Shown here piece after piece: positions 1-12,131 of a stretch of DNA of 32,000 bases (the first letter of the stretch is position 1; the number at the start of each line of letters is the position of its first letter). The stretch spans positions 2,190,001 through 2,222,000 of the forward strand of contig NZ_CP047931.1 of assembly GCF_014280175.1 (NCBI RefSeq). Reading direction: 5' to 3'. The translations under genes were made by a program, and so were the position numbers. The notes under the pieces are model-generated. The model was not told the DNA's origin. It worked only from the letters and a program-made list of their open reading frames with translations, and did not search any database. This DNA is from Synechococcus sp. A15-28. Its GTDB lineage: Bacteria > Cyanobacteriota > Cyanobacteriia > PCC-6307 > Cyanobiaceae.

Positions 1-579
1 AGCTCACCGAGGCGTCCGATCTCCGCCACGGGAATCGATGGTCGCCAGCTGTAACCGCAGCTGCGCTGGATCAACACCATCCGGCAAGGGCGCTCCAGGG
101 CCTGCTCAACAGTTGTGGTGTCCACTGAGCCATCGGCCTGCAGTTCAATCTCGTCGTAGCTGACGCCGAACTCCGCCAGGGAACCCTGGCCTGGATCCCG
201 CAGGCCGATCACCTCTTCCAGCGTGTCGTAGGGACGCCCGGTGATGGACAGCAAACGGTCGCCGGGCCGCAGCACCCCAAACAGGGCCGCCGCAATGGCA
301 TGGGTGCCGCTGACGAACTGCATGCGCACAGCAGCCGCTTCTGCACCCAAGACCCGTGCAAACACCCGGTCCACCACTTCACGCCCCTGATCCCCGTGGC
401 CGTAACCGGTCAGGGATGCGAAATGCTGAGTCCCCACCCGTTCAGCGGCCAGGGCAGCCAGCACGCGCTCCAACCGCTGTTGAACCTGCTCCGTGCGCAC
501 GGCAGCGAGGGGCTGCAGACCTCTGGCAACGGACGCCACAAAGTCCCTAGCGGCAGCGCTTCCTTCACCACTCGTCACG
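1..579 (-). CDS. Methionine gamma-lyase family / 'aluminum resistance' PLP-dependent protein (partial, runs off window start)
   Basis: Reverse-strand translation gives ...QVQQRLERVLAALAAERVGTQHFASLTGYGHGDQGREVVDRVFARVLGAEAAAVRMQFVSGTHAIAAALFGVLRPGDRLLSITGRPYDTLEEVIGLRDPGQGSLAEFGVSYDEIELQ, matching this family (GYG.GD.GR, SGTHAI, LRPGD, GRPYDTLEEVIG). Putative GTG start at 579. Confidence 0.75.
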
Positions 580-724
580 ATGCGACATCAGAGTCCAGAT
601 CTGCAGCATGCCCTCCCGACCACGGGTTATGGGCTCAACTCCTTTAGATTTCGGTCATCAATGGCACCAACCGCTCCTCGGCTTTCTGGTCTGAGCGGCC
701 TCGTCAACCCCTGGAGTCTTCCTG

Positions 725-1636
725 TTGGTTTTCTCGCAAACAGCTGACACCCGCGAGCTTCGGCAACGGGCAGCGGTGCAAGCGCCCCGCGGTCCCCTGC
801 CGGCCCGTCAGCGCAAGCTCAAGATGGGCACCACCAGTTTCATGGTGGTGATGCACGTGCTGGCCACCGTGGCTCTGCTGCCGCGGTTCTGGAGCTGGCA
901 GGGCCTGGTGGCCTTCGGAGTGCTGTATTGGGTGACCGTTCTTGGCGTCACCCTGGGTCTGCACCGTCTAGTGGCCCATCGCAGCCTGGTGGTTCCGGTC
1001 TGGGTGGAGCGCGTGCTGGTGATCATGGGCACGCTGGCCTGCCAGAGCGGTCCGATCGAGTGGGTTGGCCTGCACCGCCACCACCACCGCTTCTCCGATC
1101 AACCCTCAGATCACCACGATGCCGGTCGCGGCTTGTGGTGGAGCCACAGCGAATGGATGCTGCACGACATCCCTGCCCTGAAGGAACTCGACCGCTACGC
1201 CGGTGATCTGCAGTGTGATCCCTTCTATCGCTGGCTCGACCGCTGGTTCCTCCTGCTGCAGATCCCCCTTGGACTTGGTCTGTACTGGATCGGAGAAGCA
1301 GCACAGGTGAGCGGTGGCGGCGTGGGACTGGTGCTCTGGGCCATCCCCCTGCGACTGGTGGTCGTGTATCACGTGACCTGGCTGGTGAATTCCGCCACCC
1401 ATGCCTTCGGCTATCGCAATTTCGATTGCCCTGATCTTTCCCGCAACTGCTGGTGGGTGGCACTGCTCTCCTTCGGTGAGGGCTGGCACAACAACCACCA
1501 CGCCCATCCCGCCAGTGCGCGCCATGGTCTGCGTTGGTTCGAGTTCGATCTCACCTGGCAGCACGTGCGCCTGCTCAAGCGCCTTGGCTTGGCAAGCCGT
1601 GTCAGGACGGCTCGCTACGTGCCTGGGGCCTCCTGA
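725..1636 (+). CDS. desC: Delta-9 acyl-lipid/acyl-CoA fatty acid desaturase (DesC-like)
   Basis: 303-aa ORF with HRLVAHRS, HRHHHRFSDQPSDHH and EGWHNNHHAHP histidine boxes. The TTG start at 725 is uncertain; the true start may be internal. Confidence 0.85.
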   Translation: MVFSQTADTRELRQRAAVQAPRGPLPARQRKLKMGTTSFMVVMHVLATVALLPRFWSWQGLVAFGVLYWVTVLGVTLGLHRLVAHRSLVVPVWVERVLVIMGTLACQSGPIEWVGLHRHHHRFSDQPSDHHDAGRGLWWSHSEWMLHDIPALKELDRYAGDLQCDPFYRWLDRWFLLLQIPLGLGLYWIGEAAQVSGGGVGLVLWAIPLRLVVVYHVTWLVNSATHAFGYRNFDCPDLSRNCWWVALLSFGEGWHNNHHAHPASARHGLRWFEFDLTWQHVRLLKRLGLASRVRTARYVPGAS

Positions 1637-1710
1637 TCCCCTCAAATTCCTCCGATCAGGCCACGTCGTAACGTGGTCGATCGCACAGATAACGTCCGCC
1701 CCCAGGTTCC

Positions 1711-2169
1711 ATGCCCAAGCGTGTACAAGTCGTTCTGAATGAGGACGTCCTCAGCCTCGGCAGGGACGGAGACCTGGTGGAGGTCGCCCCCGGTTACGCC
1801 CGCAACTTCCTGCTTCCCTTTGGCAAGGCTGTCCCGGTGACGCCTGCGGTGATGAAGCAGGTGGAGCACCGCCGCGCCAAGGAAGCCGAACGCCAAGCAG
1901 CTCTGAAGCAGGCAGCCCTCGACTTCCAGACTGCTCTGGCCACCATCGGTAGTTTCACAGTCAAGAAGCAGACCGGTGAGGACAACGTGCTGTTCGGCAC
2001 CGTGACCAACGGCGATGTGGCAGAAGCCATCCAGGACGCCACCAAGAAGGTGATCGACCGCCGCGACATCTTGGTGCCCGAAATCCATCGCACCGGCAAG
2101 TACACCGTCACGGTGAAGCTGCACAGCGAGGTCACGGCCGAGATCAACCTGGAAGTGGTCAGCTACTGA
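1711..2169 (+). CDS. rplI: 50S ribosomal protein L9
   Basis: 152 aa, [40 protein letters not shown]; typical bL9 N-terminus, directly upstream of dnaB. Confidence 0.96.
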   Translation: MPKRVQVVLNEDVLSLGRDGDLVEVAPGYARNFLLPFGKAVPVTPAVMKQVEHRRAKEAERQAALKQAALDFQTALATIGSFTVKKQTGEDNVLFGTVTNGDVAEAIQDATKKVIDRRDILVPEIHRTGKYTVTVKLHSEVTAEINLEVVSY

Positions 2170-2230
2170 CCCCTGGCAAAGCGGCTCAACTGAGCCAGAG
2201 TGAGAGACCCGATTGTGACGGCCAACGGCC

Positions 2231-3646
2231 ATGGTGAGCGTCCCCCTCAGCGATAGCGGCGACAACGCCGACGGGGGACCCCGGGGTTTTCGCTCAAACC
2301 GCCGCGATCAGGAACCGAGCTTCGAAGCCCTCCCCGATTCCGTCCCGCCACAAAACCTTGAGGCGGAGGAAGCGGTATTGGGCGGCATCCTGCTGGATCC
2401 CGATGCCATTGGCCGGGTGGCGGATGTGCTGCAGCCGGAAGCATTTTATCTGAACGCCCACCGTGAGATCTTCCGCACCGCCCTGATGCTGCACAGCCAG
2501 GGCAAACCGACCGACCTGACGGCAATGAGTGCCTGGCTGGCGGATACGGGCTCTCTGGAGAAGGTGGGCGGCAACAACCGGCTGGTGGAGCTGGTGGAAC
2601 GGGTGCCGTCCACCGCCTCGATCGAGCAGGTGGCGAGGCTGGTGATGGACAAGTTCCTGCGCCGCCAGCTGATCCGCTCCGGCAACGAAGTGATCCAGCT
2701 GGGCTTCGACCAGGGCCTGCCGATGGAGCAGGTGCTGGATCAGGCCGAACAGAAGATCTTCGCCATCAGCCAGGAGAAACCCTCCAAAGGGCTCACCCCC
2801 ACCGCCGAAATCCTCACCCAGACTTTTGAGGAGATCGAAAGCCGCTCCCTGGGCACCTCGGTGGCCGGTATCCCGGTGAACTTCTACGACCTGGATGCGA
2901 TGACCCAGGGCCTGCAGCGCAGCGACCTGATCATCGTGGCCGGCCGCCCGGCCATGGGCAAAACCTCGATCGTGCTGAACCTGGCCAAGAACGTGGCCCA
3001 GCTGCACGACCTGCCGGTGTGCCTGTTCTCCCTGGAGATGAGCAAGGAACAGCTCACCTACCGCCTGCTCTCGATGGAGGTGGGCATCGAAGCGGGGCGG
3101 CTGCGCACTGGCCGCCTGCAGCAGGAGGAATGGCCGCTGCTGGGCCAGGGCATCAACAGCCTGGGGCAACTGCCGATCTTCATCGACGACAAACCCAACT
3201 CCGGTGTGCTGGAGATGCGTTCGCTCTGCCGGCGGCTGATGGCCGAACAGGGCAAGGAGCTGGGACTGGTGATGATCGACTATCTGCAGCTGATGGAGGG
3301 CTCGGGTTCCGACAACAGGGTGCAGGAGCTGTCGCGCATCACCCGGGGCCTGAAGCAGATGGCGCGGGAACTCAACGTGCCGGTGATCGCCCTCTCCCAG
3401 CTCAGCCGTGGCGTGGAATCCCGCAGCAACAAACGGCCGATGCTGAGCGATCTGCGGGAATCGGGCTCGATCGAGCAGGACGCTGACCTGGTGCTGATGA
3501 TCTACCGCGACGAGTACTACAACCCGGAAACACCGGACCGGGGCATCACCGAAGTGATCGTGACCAAGCACCGCAACGGTCCGGTGGGCACGGTGAAGCT
3601 GCTGTTCGAGCCGCAGTTCACCCGTTTCCGCAACCTGGCGGCCTGA
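2231..3646 (+). CDS. dnaB: Replicative DNA helicase DnaB (no intein)
   Basis: 471 aa; PPQNLEAEEAVLGGILLDPDA, GRPAMGKTSIVLNLAKN Walker A, LVMIDYLQLM Walker B, LSQLSRGVE, DLRESGSIEQDADLV. Length is that of an intein-free DnaB. Confidence 0.96.
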   Translation: MVSVPLSDSGDNADGGPRGFRSNRRDQEPSFEALPDSVPPQNLEAEEAVLGGILLDPDAIGRVADVLQPEAFYLNAHREIFRTALMLHSQGKPTDLTAMSAWLADTGSLEKVGGNNRLVELVERVPSTASIEQVARLVMDKFLRRQLIRSGNEVIQLGFDQGLPMEQVLDQAEQKIFAISQEKPSKGLTPTAEILTQTFEEIESRSLGTSVAGIPVNFYDLDAMTQGLQRSDLIIVAGRPAMGKTSIVLNLAKNVAQLHDLPVCLFSLEMSKEQLTYRLLSMEVGIEAGRLRTGRLQQEEWPLLGQGINSLGQLPIFIDDKPNSGVLEMRSLCRRLMAEQGKELGLVMIDYLQLMEGSGSDNRVQELSRITRGLKQMARELNVPVIALSQLSRGVESRSNKRPMLSDLRESGSIEQDADLVLMIYRDEYYNPETPDRGITEVIVTKHRNGPVGTVKLLFEPQFTRFRNLAA

Positions 3647-3667
3647 GCCAACTCAGATAATGAAGCC

Positions 3668-5593
3668 ATGAGCGTCTCCGCTGCCCCCACCGAATCCTTT
3701 GACGTGATCGTGGTCGGCGGCGGCCATGCCGGTTGTGAAGCGGCGATCACAGCCGCCCGGCTGGGCCTGAACACGGCCCTGTTCACCCTCAACCTCGACC
3801 GAATCGCCTGGCAGCCCTGCAACCCCGCCGTCGGCGGCCCCGCCAAAAGCCAGCTCGTCCATGAAGTGGATGCCCTCGGTGGGGTGATCGGGCGCCTGGC
3901 CGATGCCACCGCCATCCAGAAGCGGATCCTCAACGCCAGCCGCGGCCCGGCGGTGTGGGCCCTGCGCGCCCAGACCGACAAGCGCCTCTATTCCCGCCAG
4001 ATGCTGCAGCTGCTGCAGCACACCCCCAACCTCGCCCTGCGCGAGGCGATGGTGACCGGGCTGGAAACCACCGGTGAAGGCGACCAGCAACGCATCAGCG
4101 GCATCCGCACCTATTTCGGCAGCGTCTATGGCGCTGAAGCGGTGATCCTTACCGCCGGCACCTTCCTGGGGGGCCGCATCTGGGTGGGGCATCAATCGAT
4201 GGCCGCAGGCCGCGCCGGAGAGCAGGCCGCTGAAGGCCTCACCGAAGCGCTGCAGCAACTCGGCTTCCAGACCGACCGGCTCAAAACCGGCACCCCCGCC
4301 CGCGTGGACCGGCGCAGCATCGCCCTCGATCAACTGAAGGAGCAGCCCAGCGATGCGGCCGATCGCTTCTTCTCCTTTGACCCGGCCGCCTGGGTGAGCG
4401 GTGAGCAGATGAGCTGCCACATCACCCGCACCACCGCGGAAACCCATCAGCTGATCCGCGACAACCTGCACCTCACCGCCATCTACGGCGGCGTGATCGA
4501 CAGCAAGGGCCCGCGCTACTGCCCCTCAATCGAAGACAAGATCGTTCGCTTCGCGGACAAGGACAGCCACCAGATCTTTCTTGAGCCGGAGGGACGCGAC
4601 ACCCCAGAGATCTACGTGCAGGGCTTCTCCACCGGCCTGCCGGAACCGATCCAGCTGCAATTGCTGCGCAGCCTGCCGGGCCTGGAGCACGCCGTGATGC
4701 TGCGACCGGCCTATTCGGTGGATTACGACTACTTGCCTGCCACCCAACTCAAGCCCTCCCTGGAAACCAAGCGGGTGCGCGGCCTGTTCAGCGCTGGCCA
4801 GCTCAACGGCACCACGGGCTATGAAGAAGCCGCCGCGCAGGGCCTAGTGGCCGGCGTCAATGCTGCCCGGCTGATCGGCGGTCAGGAGCCGGTGCACTTC
4901 CCCCGGGAGGGCAGCTACATCGGCACGATGATCGACGATCTGGTGAGCAAAGACCTGCGTGAGCCCTACCGGGTGCTCACCAGCCGCAGCGAATACCGCC
5001 TGATCCTCCGCGGCGACAACGCCGACCGCCGCCTGACGCCGTTGGGCCGTGAGCTGGGCCTGATCGACGACCGCCGCTGGCAGCTGTTCGAGGACAAACT
5101 CCAGGCGATGGACACCGAGAAGCATCGGCTGGAAACCGTGCGGCTCAAGGTGAGCGATCCGGTGGCCCCGACGGTGGAGCAAGAAACCGGTGCGGCGATC
5201 AAAGGCTCAATCACCCTGGCCGACCTGCTGCGCCGACCCGGCATGCACGCCGCCGATCTGGTGCGCCATGGCCTGGCCGATGCCGATCTGCCCCTGCAGG
5301 TGCGAGAAGGGGCGGAGATCGACATCAAATACAGCGGCTACCTGCAACGGCAGCAGCAGCAGATCGATCAGGTGAAACGCCAGAGCCAGCGCAAGCTGCC
5401 GGCCGATCTGGACTACGCCGGCATCGGCACCCTCTCCAACGAAGCCCGCGAAAAGCTCACGGCGATTCAACCCGGCACCCTGGGGCAGGCCAGCCGCATC
5501 CCCGGCGTCAGCCAGGCGGACATCACCGCCCTGCTGATGTGGCTGGAACTGCGTCAGCGCCAGGCCCTCGCCCCCCCTGCAGAAGCTCGATAG
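3668..5593 (+). CDS. mnmG: tRNA uridine-5-carboxymethylaminomethyl(34) synthesis enzyme MnmG (GidA)
   Basis: 641 aa; [18 protein letters not shown] motif, [43 protein letters not shown]. Confidence 0.96.
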   Translation: MSVSAAPTESFDVIVVGGGHAGCEAAITAARLGLNTALFTLNLDRIAWQPCNPAVGGPAKSQLVHEVDALGGVIGRLADATAIQKRILNASRGPAVWALRAQTDKRLYSRQMLQLLQHTPNLALREAMVTGLETTGEGDQQRISGIRTYFGSVYGAEAVILTAGTFLGGRIWVGHQSMAAGRAGEQAAEGLTEALQQLGFQTDRLKTGTPARVDRRSIALDQLKEQPSDAADRFFSFDPAAWVSGEQMSCHITRTTAETHQLIRDNLHLTAIYGGVIDSKGPRYCPSIEDKIVRFADKDSHQIFLEPEGRDTPEIYVQGFSTGLPEPIQLQLLRSLPGLEHAVMLRPAYSVDYDYLPATQLKPSLETKRVRGLFSAGQLNGTTGYEEAAAQGLVAGVNAARLIGGQEPVHFPREGSYIGTMIDDLVSKDLREPYRVLTSRSEYRLILRGDNADRRLTPLGRELGLIDDRRWQLFEDKLQAMDTEKHRLETVRLKVSDPVAPTVEQETGAAIKGSITLADLLRRPGMHAADLVRHGLADADLPLQVREGAEIDIKYSGYLQRQQQQIDQVKRQSQRKLPADLDYAGIGTLSNEAREKLTAIQPGTLGQASRIPGVSQADITALLMWLELRQRQALAPPAEAR

Positions 5594-5673
5594 CGTTGAG
5601 ACCCTGCAGGTCCGCCTTGGCCGTCCGGCTTCCCACTTCCCGTGCCTACTGGAACCTGCGGGCAGAGCAGGTG

Positions 5674-6270
5674 ATGGACAAGGTGTTCGACCAGGACGCA
5701 CTGAATTCCTCGCGGCCCAACCACCTCATTCCGGTGGACGTGGATGTGCACGAACCACCACCGCCGACACCACCAGCACCAGCGGCGACCACCACTACCC
5801 CCTGGTTGTTGCTGATCGTCAGCGGCATCGCTGTGGCCGGTGCCGTCAACATCGGCTGGCTGATCAGCAGCCTGCTGCAGTCCCGCAGCCAGCTGGATCA
5901 GGAACGCAACCTGCTGATGCTTGAGCGCCTGCAGGCAGAGGCCAGCACCCCTGCTGAGCCGGAACCGGAGTGGATGGCCAGCCTCGAACCACCCGCACCC
6001 CCCAGCAGCCTTGGACTCGCCCTCTCACCTGCAGCCCCGGAGCTGCTGCCGATTCCAACCCTGACCCCAATGCCGCAACTCACCGGGGTGGTACAGGGTC
6101 CTGGCGGCAACAGCTCCGCCATCTTCCAGCTGGGCACAACATCTCTCTCCGCAGGCATCGGTGAATCAATCGGCAGCAGCGGCTGGCGGTTGGACTCCAT
6201 CAGCAGTGGCGGCGCGGTGATCAGTCAGCACGGCCAGCAGCGAACCCTCTCCGTCGGGGGGCTGTTCTGA
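5674..6270 (+). CDS. Hypothetical membrane protein with proline-rich N-terminal segment and one TM helix
   Basis: ORF in the 5539 frame; likely ATG at 5674 (MDKVFDQDALNSSRPNHLIPVDVDVHEPPPPTPPAPAATTTTPWLLLIVSGIAVAGAVNIGWLISSLL). Confidence 0.65.
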   Translation: MDKVFDQDALNSSRPNHLIPVDVDVHEPPPPTPPAPAATTTTPWLLLIVSGIAVAGAVNIGWLISSLLQSRSQLDQERNLLMLERLQAEASTPAEPEPEWMASLEPPAPPSSLGLALSPAAPELLPIPTLTPMPQLTGVVQGPGGNSSAIFQLGTTSLSAGIGESIGSSGWRLDSISSGGAVISQHGQQRTLSVGGLF

Positions 6271-6329
6271 ATTCATCCACTCCGCTGCTGCCCTCCCCCC
6301 ATCAGCTCTGGCAGGCCCCCACCGACGCG

Positions 6330-6866
6330 GTGCTGAGTGGCGAGGGCCCCCGGCAGCTACCGGGGGCCTGGCGACTGATGCTGCTGGGGGACGGCAGTCC
6401 CACCCGTCATCTCAGGCTTCTCACCGGTGAGCCGGTGGCCGTGGACCTGATCGCCATGGAACCGGAAGCCGGTCTGCCGGCGGAAGCACCGGCCGAGGTG
6501 GCTGAGCTGCAAGGGCCCTTGCTGCGACGCCAGGTGTGGCTCACCTGTGGCGGCCAGCCCCTGGCCTGGGCGGAGAGCTGGTGGAATCAGGCGGAAGCTG
6601 AGCTGCATCTGCGGGACCGCAACCTGCCGATCTGGAAAAGCCTCACCCAAGGGCGCTCCGAACTGTTCCGCGAAGTCGATGGCCTGGCGCTGGTGCAGGC
6701 GGACTGGCTGGAGCACACCTTCGGCCACCGCGGGCCCTTCTGGAGCCGGCACTACCGCTTTTTCCGCAGCGGCGCAGCGCTCACGGTGATCCGTGAGGTG
6801 TTCAGCCCGCAGCTGGAAACCTGGCTGGGACCGACCTTGCGCCAGGAGCTTCAACAAAGTTCATGA
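6330..6866 (+). CDS. Chorismate lyase family protein (cyanobacterial type)
   Basis: LLTGEPVAVDLIAMEPE...LQGPLLRRQVWLTCGGQPLAWAESWWNQ...LPIWKSLTQGRSELFREVDGLALVQADWLEHTFG..GPFWSRHYRFF; GTG start; exact start uncertain. Confidence 0.75.
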   Translation: MLSGEGPRQLPGAWRLMLLGDGSPTRHLRLLTGEPVAVDLIAMEPEAGLPAEAPAEVAELQGPLLRRQVWLTCGGQPLAWAESWWNQAEAELHLRDRNLPIWKSLTQGRSELFREVDGLALVQADWLEHTFGHRGPFWSRHYRFFRSGAALTVIREVFSPQLETWLGPTLRQELQQSS

Positions 6867-6956
6867 ACAATTCTGCGAGATTGTTGGGATTTGCTCTTGA
6901 CAACTTGCCTTTACATGTGCACCGAGGAATATGTGGACACATCGGTTCACCGTGTC

Positions 6957-7409
6957 ATGGCTGCCCTCAACCCCTGGCTCAGCCTCACCGACCTCGGTCG
7001 GATCTACGGCATTTCAGCCATCCACTGCGGTCGCATCCTTGAGCAGCAAGGTTGGCGCGATCGACGCGGACGCCCCACCCCTGCGGCTCTTGAAGCCGAA
7101 GCCGCCAGCTGCGCCGGCACCCATGGCCAGGGCCGCACGGTGTTCTGGAGCCGCGCGATCTGTTCGGAGCTACTGGAAAACATGGGCTACGCCCCGATGA
7201 GCCGCAACGTGCAAGTCGAACAATGGACCCAGCTGCTGGAAGCCATGCAGCTGGGCTCTCCTTCCATCTCCGCCACCCCGGACCAGATGGCCGAAGAAAT
7301 GCCCAGCGAACTTGTGGAGGAGGTGAACCAGCAGTTGGAGGTGCGCGGCTGCAGCTATCGCGTCAGCCGCCACCATCGTCAGGCCAGCCGCAGTGCCTCG
7401 GCCTGCTGA
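6957..7409 (+). CDS. Conserved-looking hypothetical protein
   Basis: ORF 6891..7409; likely ATG at 6957 (MAALNPWLSLTDLGRIYGISAIHCGRILEQQGWRDRRGRPTPAALEAEAA), resembling a small helix-turn-helix-like segment. Confidence 0.6.
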   Translation: MAALNPWLSLTDLGRIYGISAIHCGRILEQQGWRDRRGRPTPAALEAEAASCAGTHGQGRTVFWSRAICSELLENMGYAPMSRNVQVEQWTQLLEAMQLGSPSISATPDQMAEEMPSELVEEVNQQLEVRGCSYRVSRHHRQASRSASAC

Positions 7410-7417
7410 AGCCTCCG

Positions 7418-7861
7418 TCAGTCACGCCGACGACTGGAGCGGGGCAACGACCGCCGCGGGGCTGACGGTTGAGGGTCAACGGCGGGAGTGACCTGGCCGC
7501 GGGTCCGTTGCCAGCGGTCCACCCGGAAGCTGTCGTCCTCCGGCCAGTCATCCACGGACCCTGGGTCAGGGGTCGTCATCGCAGGGACCGAGGGCGCCGA
7601 TGCGACCTGACGGCCCCGACGGGAAATGGCTTCAAGGGGACGTTTGCCGCTGCGCATCGGTCGATCGTTCTCCTGCCAGGGCTCCCGCCAGGCATCGTCG
7701 TCCTCCAACAGCCACTCAACCTTGTCGCCCACCCAGCGGCCGACGGAATCCAGATCAAAACTGCTGCGGCGCTGACCGGGGCGACGTCCTGAAACGCCGT
7801 CGACAAACTGACGACCGGTCTCGATCCAGGTGTCCAGTCGGCGGTCTCTGCGATCTTCCAT
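7418..7861 (-). CDS. Hypothetical protein
   Basis: 147-aa ORF MEDRRDRRLDTWIETGRQFVDGVSGRRPGQRR...DSVGRWVGDKVEWLLEDDDAWREPWQ; convergent with 6957..7409 and downstream of the SprT-like gene. Confidence 0.6.
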   Translation of the reverse strand: MEDRRDRRLDTWIETGRQFVDGVSGRRPGQRRSSFDLDSVGRWVGDKVEWLLEDDDAWREPWQENDRPMRSGKRPLEAISRRGRQVASAPSVPAMTTPDPGSVDDWPEDDSFRVDRWQRTRGQVTPAVDPQPSAPRRSLPRSSRRRD

Positions 7862-7967
7862 TCCCCGACGTTACCGACGCCGACGGCGCAACCAATGCTC
7901 CCGTCGCAGTCCGATCAGAGCGATGGTGAAACCACCAAGTTCCAGCGACAGAAGAAACACCTCCATC

Positions 7968-8507
7968 TCAGACCGCAGATTCGAACTGCAGCACGCAGCT
8001 GTGGTGCCAGCGCCCACCGTGATGCTGATCACAGCACCTGCGGCAGGCGGCGTTGCTGATGCGGCGACGGTAGGGGTAGCGGGTACCGCAACTGGGACAG
8101 ACCGCCCACCAGCGCGGGGGTTTCACCGGAACGGGGTAGTGGTGGCGCACGCTCACCTGAAACCGGCTCTGAGCGGCATTGATCGCGTCCATCTGTGCCC
8201 GAAAGCGTGGACCGTGGCTCTCCCGTTTCCTCAGCACCAGATCCACCCAGGCATGAATCATTTCGTGGCAGAGGGTGCTTTCCGTGGCCTCCTGCGGCAA
8301 AGGTTCCAGCAACGGCTTCGACAGCACGATCTCGCTGCCCCTTCCCTCCCCGATTCCAGGGCCACGGCGATACAGACCAGCGGTCCGGCTCATGCGGGCG
8401 TCACTCCAGCGCACAGAACTCAGCGGTGACCCGTCCCGCGCAAGAACACCGTCGAAATGCTGACGGTTCAGACGATGAAAGATCGGCAGCAACGGCAGCA
8501 ACGGCAC
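7968..8507 (-). CDS. SprT-like zinc metallopeptidase-domain protein
   Basis: ESTLCHEMIHAWVDLVLRKRESHGPRFRAQMDAINA (HExxH) followed by a CPSCG...CRRCC zinc-ribbon region. Start codon uncertain. Confidence 0.8.
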   Translation of the reverse strand: MPLLPLLPIFHRLNRQHFDGVLARDGSPLSSVRWSDARMSRTAGLYRRGPGIGEGRGSEIVLSKPLLEPLPQEATESTLCHEMIHAWVDLVLRKRESHGPRFRAQMDAINAAQSRFQVSVRHHYPVPVKPPRWWAVCPSCGTRYPYRRRISNAACRRCCDQHHGGRWHHSCVLQFESAV

Positions 8508-8582
8508 GTTCGGGTGGGTTGCAGCGATGCAGCATCATCCTGCCTCGGTCAGTCAGACTCGTCGCTGCTTTGAAGGCAGGCG

Positions 8583-11028
<2,446 letters not shown>

Positions 11029-11033
11029 AAAAA

Positions 11034-11053
11034 GCCCCCTTCTAAAAGGGGGC
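11034..11053 (-). terminator. Rho-independent terminator for the 5'-nucleotidase/RTX gene
   Basis: Perfect 8-bp stem GCCCCCTT / AAGGGGGC; on the minus strand it is followed by a T run (GGGGGCTTTTTTC). Confidence 0.8.
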
Positions 11054-11075
11054 AGAAATCATTGAACGCTGTTAA

Positions 11076-11975
11076 TCAGACCGTGATCTGAATTGCATTC
11101 TGAAGGTCAATCGCCTGATCAGCGGTGATGCCTTTAACGAGAATCGTACCGGCGTCGTGAATGATTTTGATGCTCCGCTCAGGGTTGCTGGGCTGGGACA
11201 CTTCAAAGCCGGTCGACTCATCGATGGCGATCACGTCACCCTCTTCAAAACTGAAGCCCATGATTTTATCCTTGCCAGCTGAGCCGGCATAAACATCGGC
11301 GCCGCCGCGCCTGCGCAGCTTGTCATAACCGAAACCGCCATCGAGCAGGTCATCAGCTTTCCGGCCCTTCAGCATGTCGTCACCGCGGAGACCTTGAAGT
11401 GCGCTGCCAGTACGTGTAGCTACGAGTTGGTCATTGCCGCGCGTACCCATGATTTCATCAGCGGGGTCCACGAGATCGGACTGGCTGGGACGGAGCAGAA
11501 CAGAGCGGGGGGAAGCAATGACGTCAGCGTCCTTGATGTCGACAACGCCACCGAGTTCCTCAGCGATGTAAGTCGCCAGAATTTCCTGCTCACCAATGAC
11601 GGTCTCGATCTTGTCCTGAAGCGGAACAAAGGCCTGATAGCCATCACCACCACCAGCCTGGTAGTTGTTCGTGGCCAGGGTGAAGGTTTCCTCCAGTGCT
11701 GTCTGGTTAACTGCGAAGTCCTCGACGAGCTCAACGGTGCTGCCGTCATCCCGGGTCACCGTGAGGTTGGCCACGCGGCTGGTTTCACTGAGAGAAAGCG
11801 CCTCTTCAACACCAGGCCGATAGGTGACGAACTCCAGCTCAACGCCGGCGAAATGAGGGAACCGTCCATCCAGGGCGGGAGCCCGGCTGACGCCGTTTTC
11901 AACAATGGCCAGGAACTCAGCGCCGGTGAGATCCATGATGGTGAGTTGGTTATCGAACGCCAGAGCGGCGTTCAC
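11076..11975 (-). CDS. C-terminal fragment ORF: 5'-nucleotidase C-terminal domain + RTX-like repeats
   Basis: Track ORF starting at an internal GTG; very likely part of the 13316..11076 gene rather than an independent gene. Confidence 0.5.
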   Translation of the reverse strand: MNAALAFDNQLTIMDLTGAEFLAIVENGVSRAPALDGRFPHFAGVELEFVTYRPGVEEALSLSETSRVANLTVTRDDGSTVELVEDFAVNQTALEETFTLATNNYQAGGGDGYQAFVPLQDKIETVIGEQEILATYIAEELGGVVDIKDADVIASPRSVLLRPSQSDLVDPADEIMGTRGNDQLVATRTGSALQGLRGDDMLKGRKADDLLDGGFGYDKLRRRGGADVYAGSAGKDKIMGFSFEEGDVIAIDESTGFEVSQPSNPERSIKIIHDAGTILVKGITADQAIDLQNAIQITV

Positions 11976-12131
11976 CTGCAGCTGGGTAATCGGGGAAAGA
12001 CCGGCGATGGTGTCGCGAATACCGCCACCGTTTTTCAGGGCGATATCAGCGCGTTTCGTTTCACCGATTTCTTCGAGGTACTCGTTGGCATACCAGAGCG
12101 TTGAATCAGCAGCGAGGCGACCCAGGTTGGT

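Noticed and set aside
2183-2196. Small hairpin GGCTC-AACT-GAGCC between rplI and dnaB
   Set aside because: Only 5 bp and no T run; too weak to call a terminator or attenuator.
2294-3571. 425-aa minus-strand ORF opposite dnaB
   Set aside because: Antisense to dnaB; His/Gln/Gly-rich shadow composition. The same reasoning applies to 3653..4471.
2231-3646. Possible intein in DnaB, since cyanobacterial dnaB is a common intein site
   Set aside because: The P-loop region GRPAMGKTSIVLN is uninterrupted and the total is 471 aa, so no intein is present.
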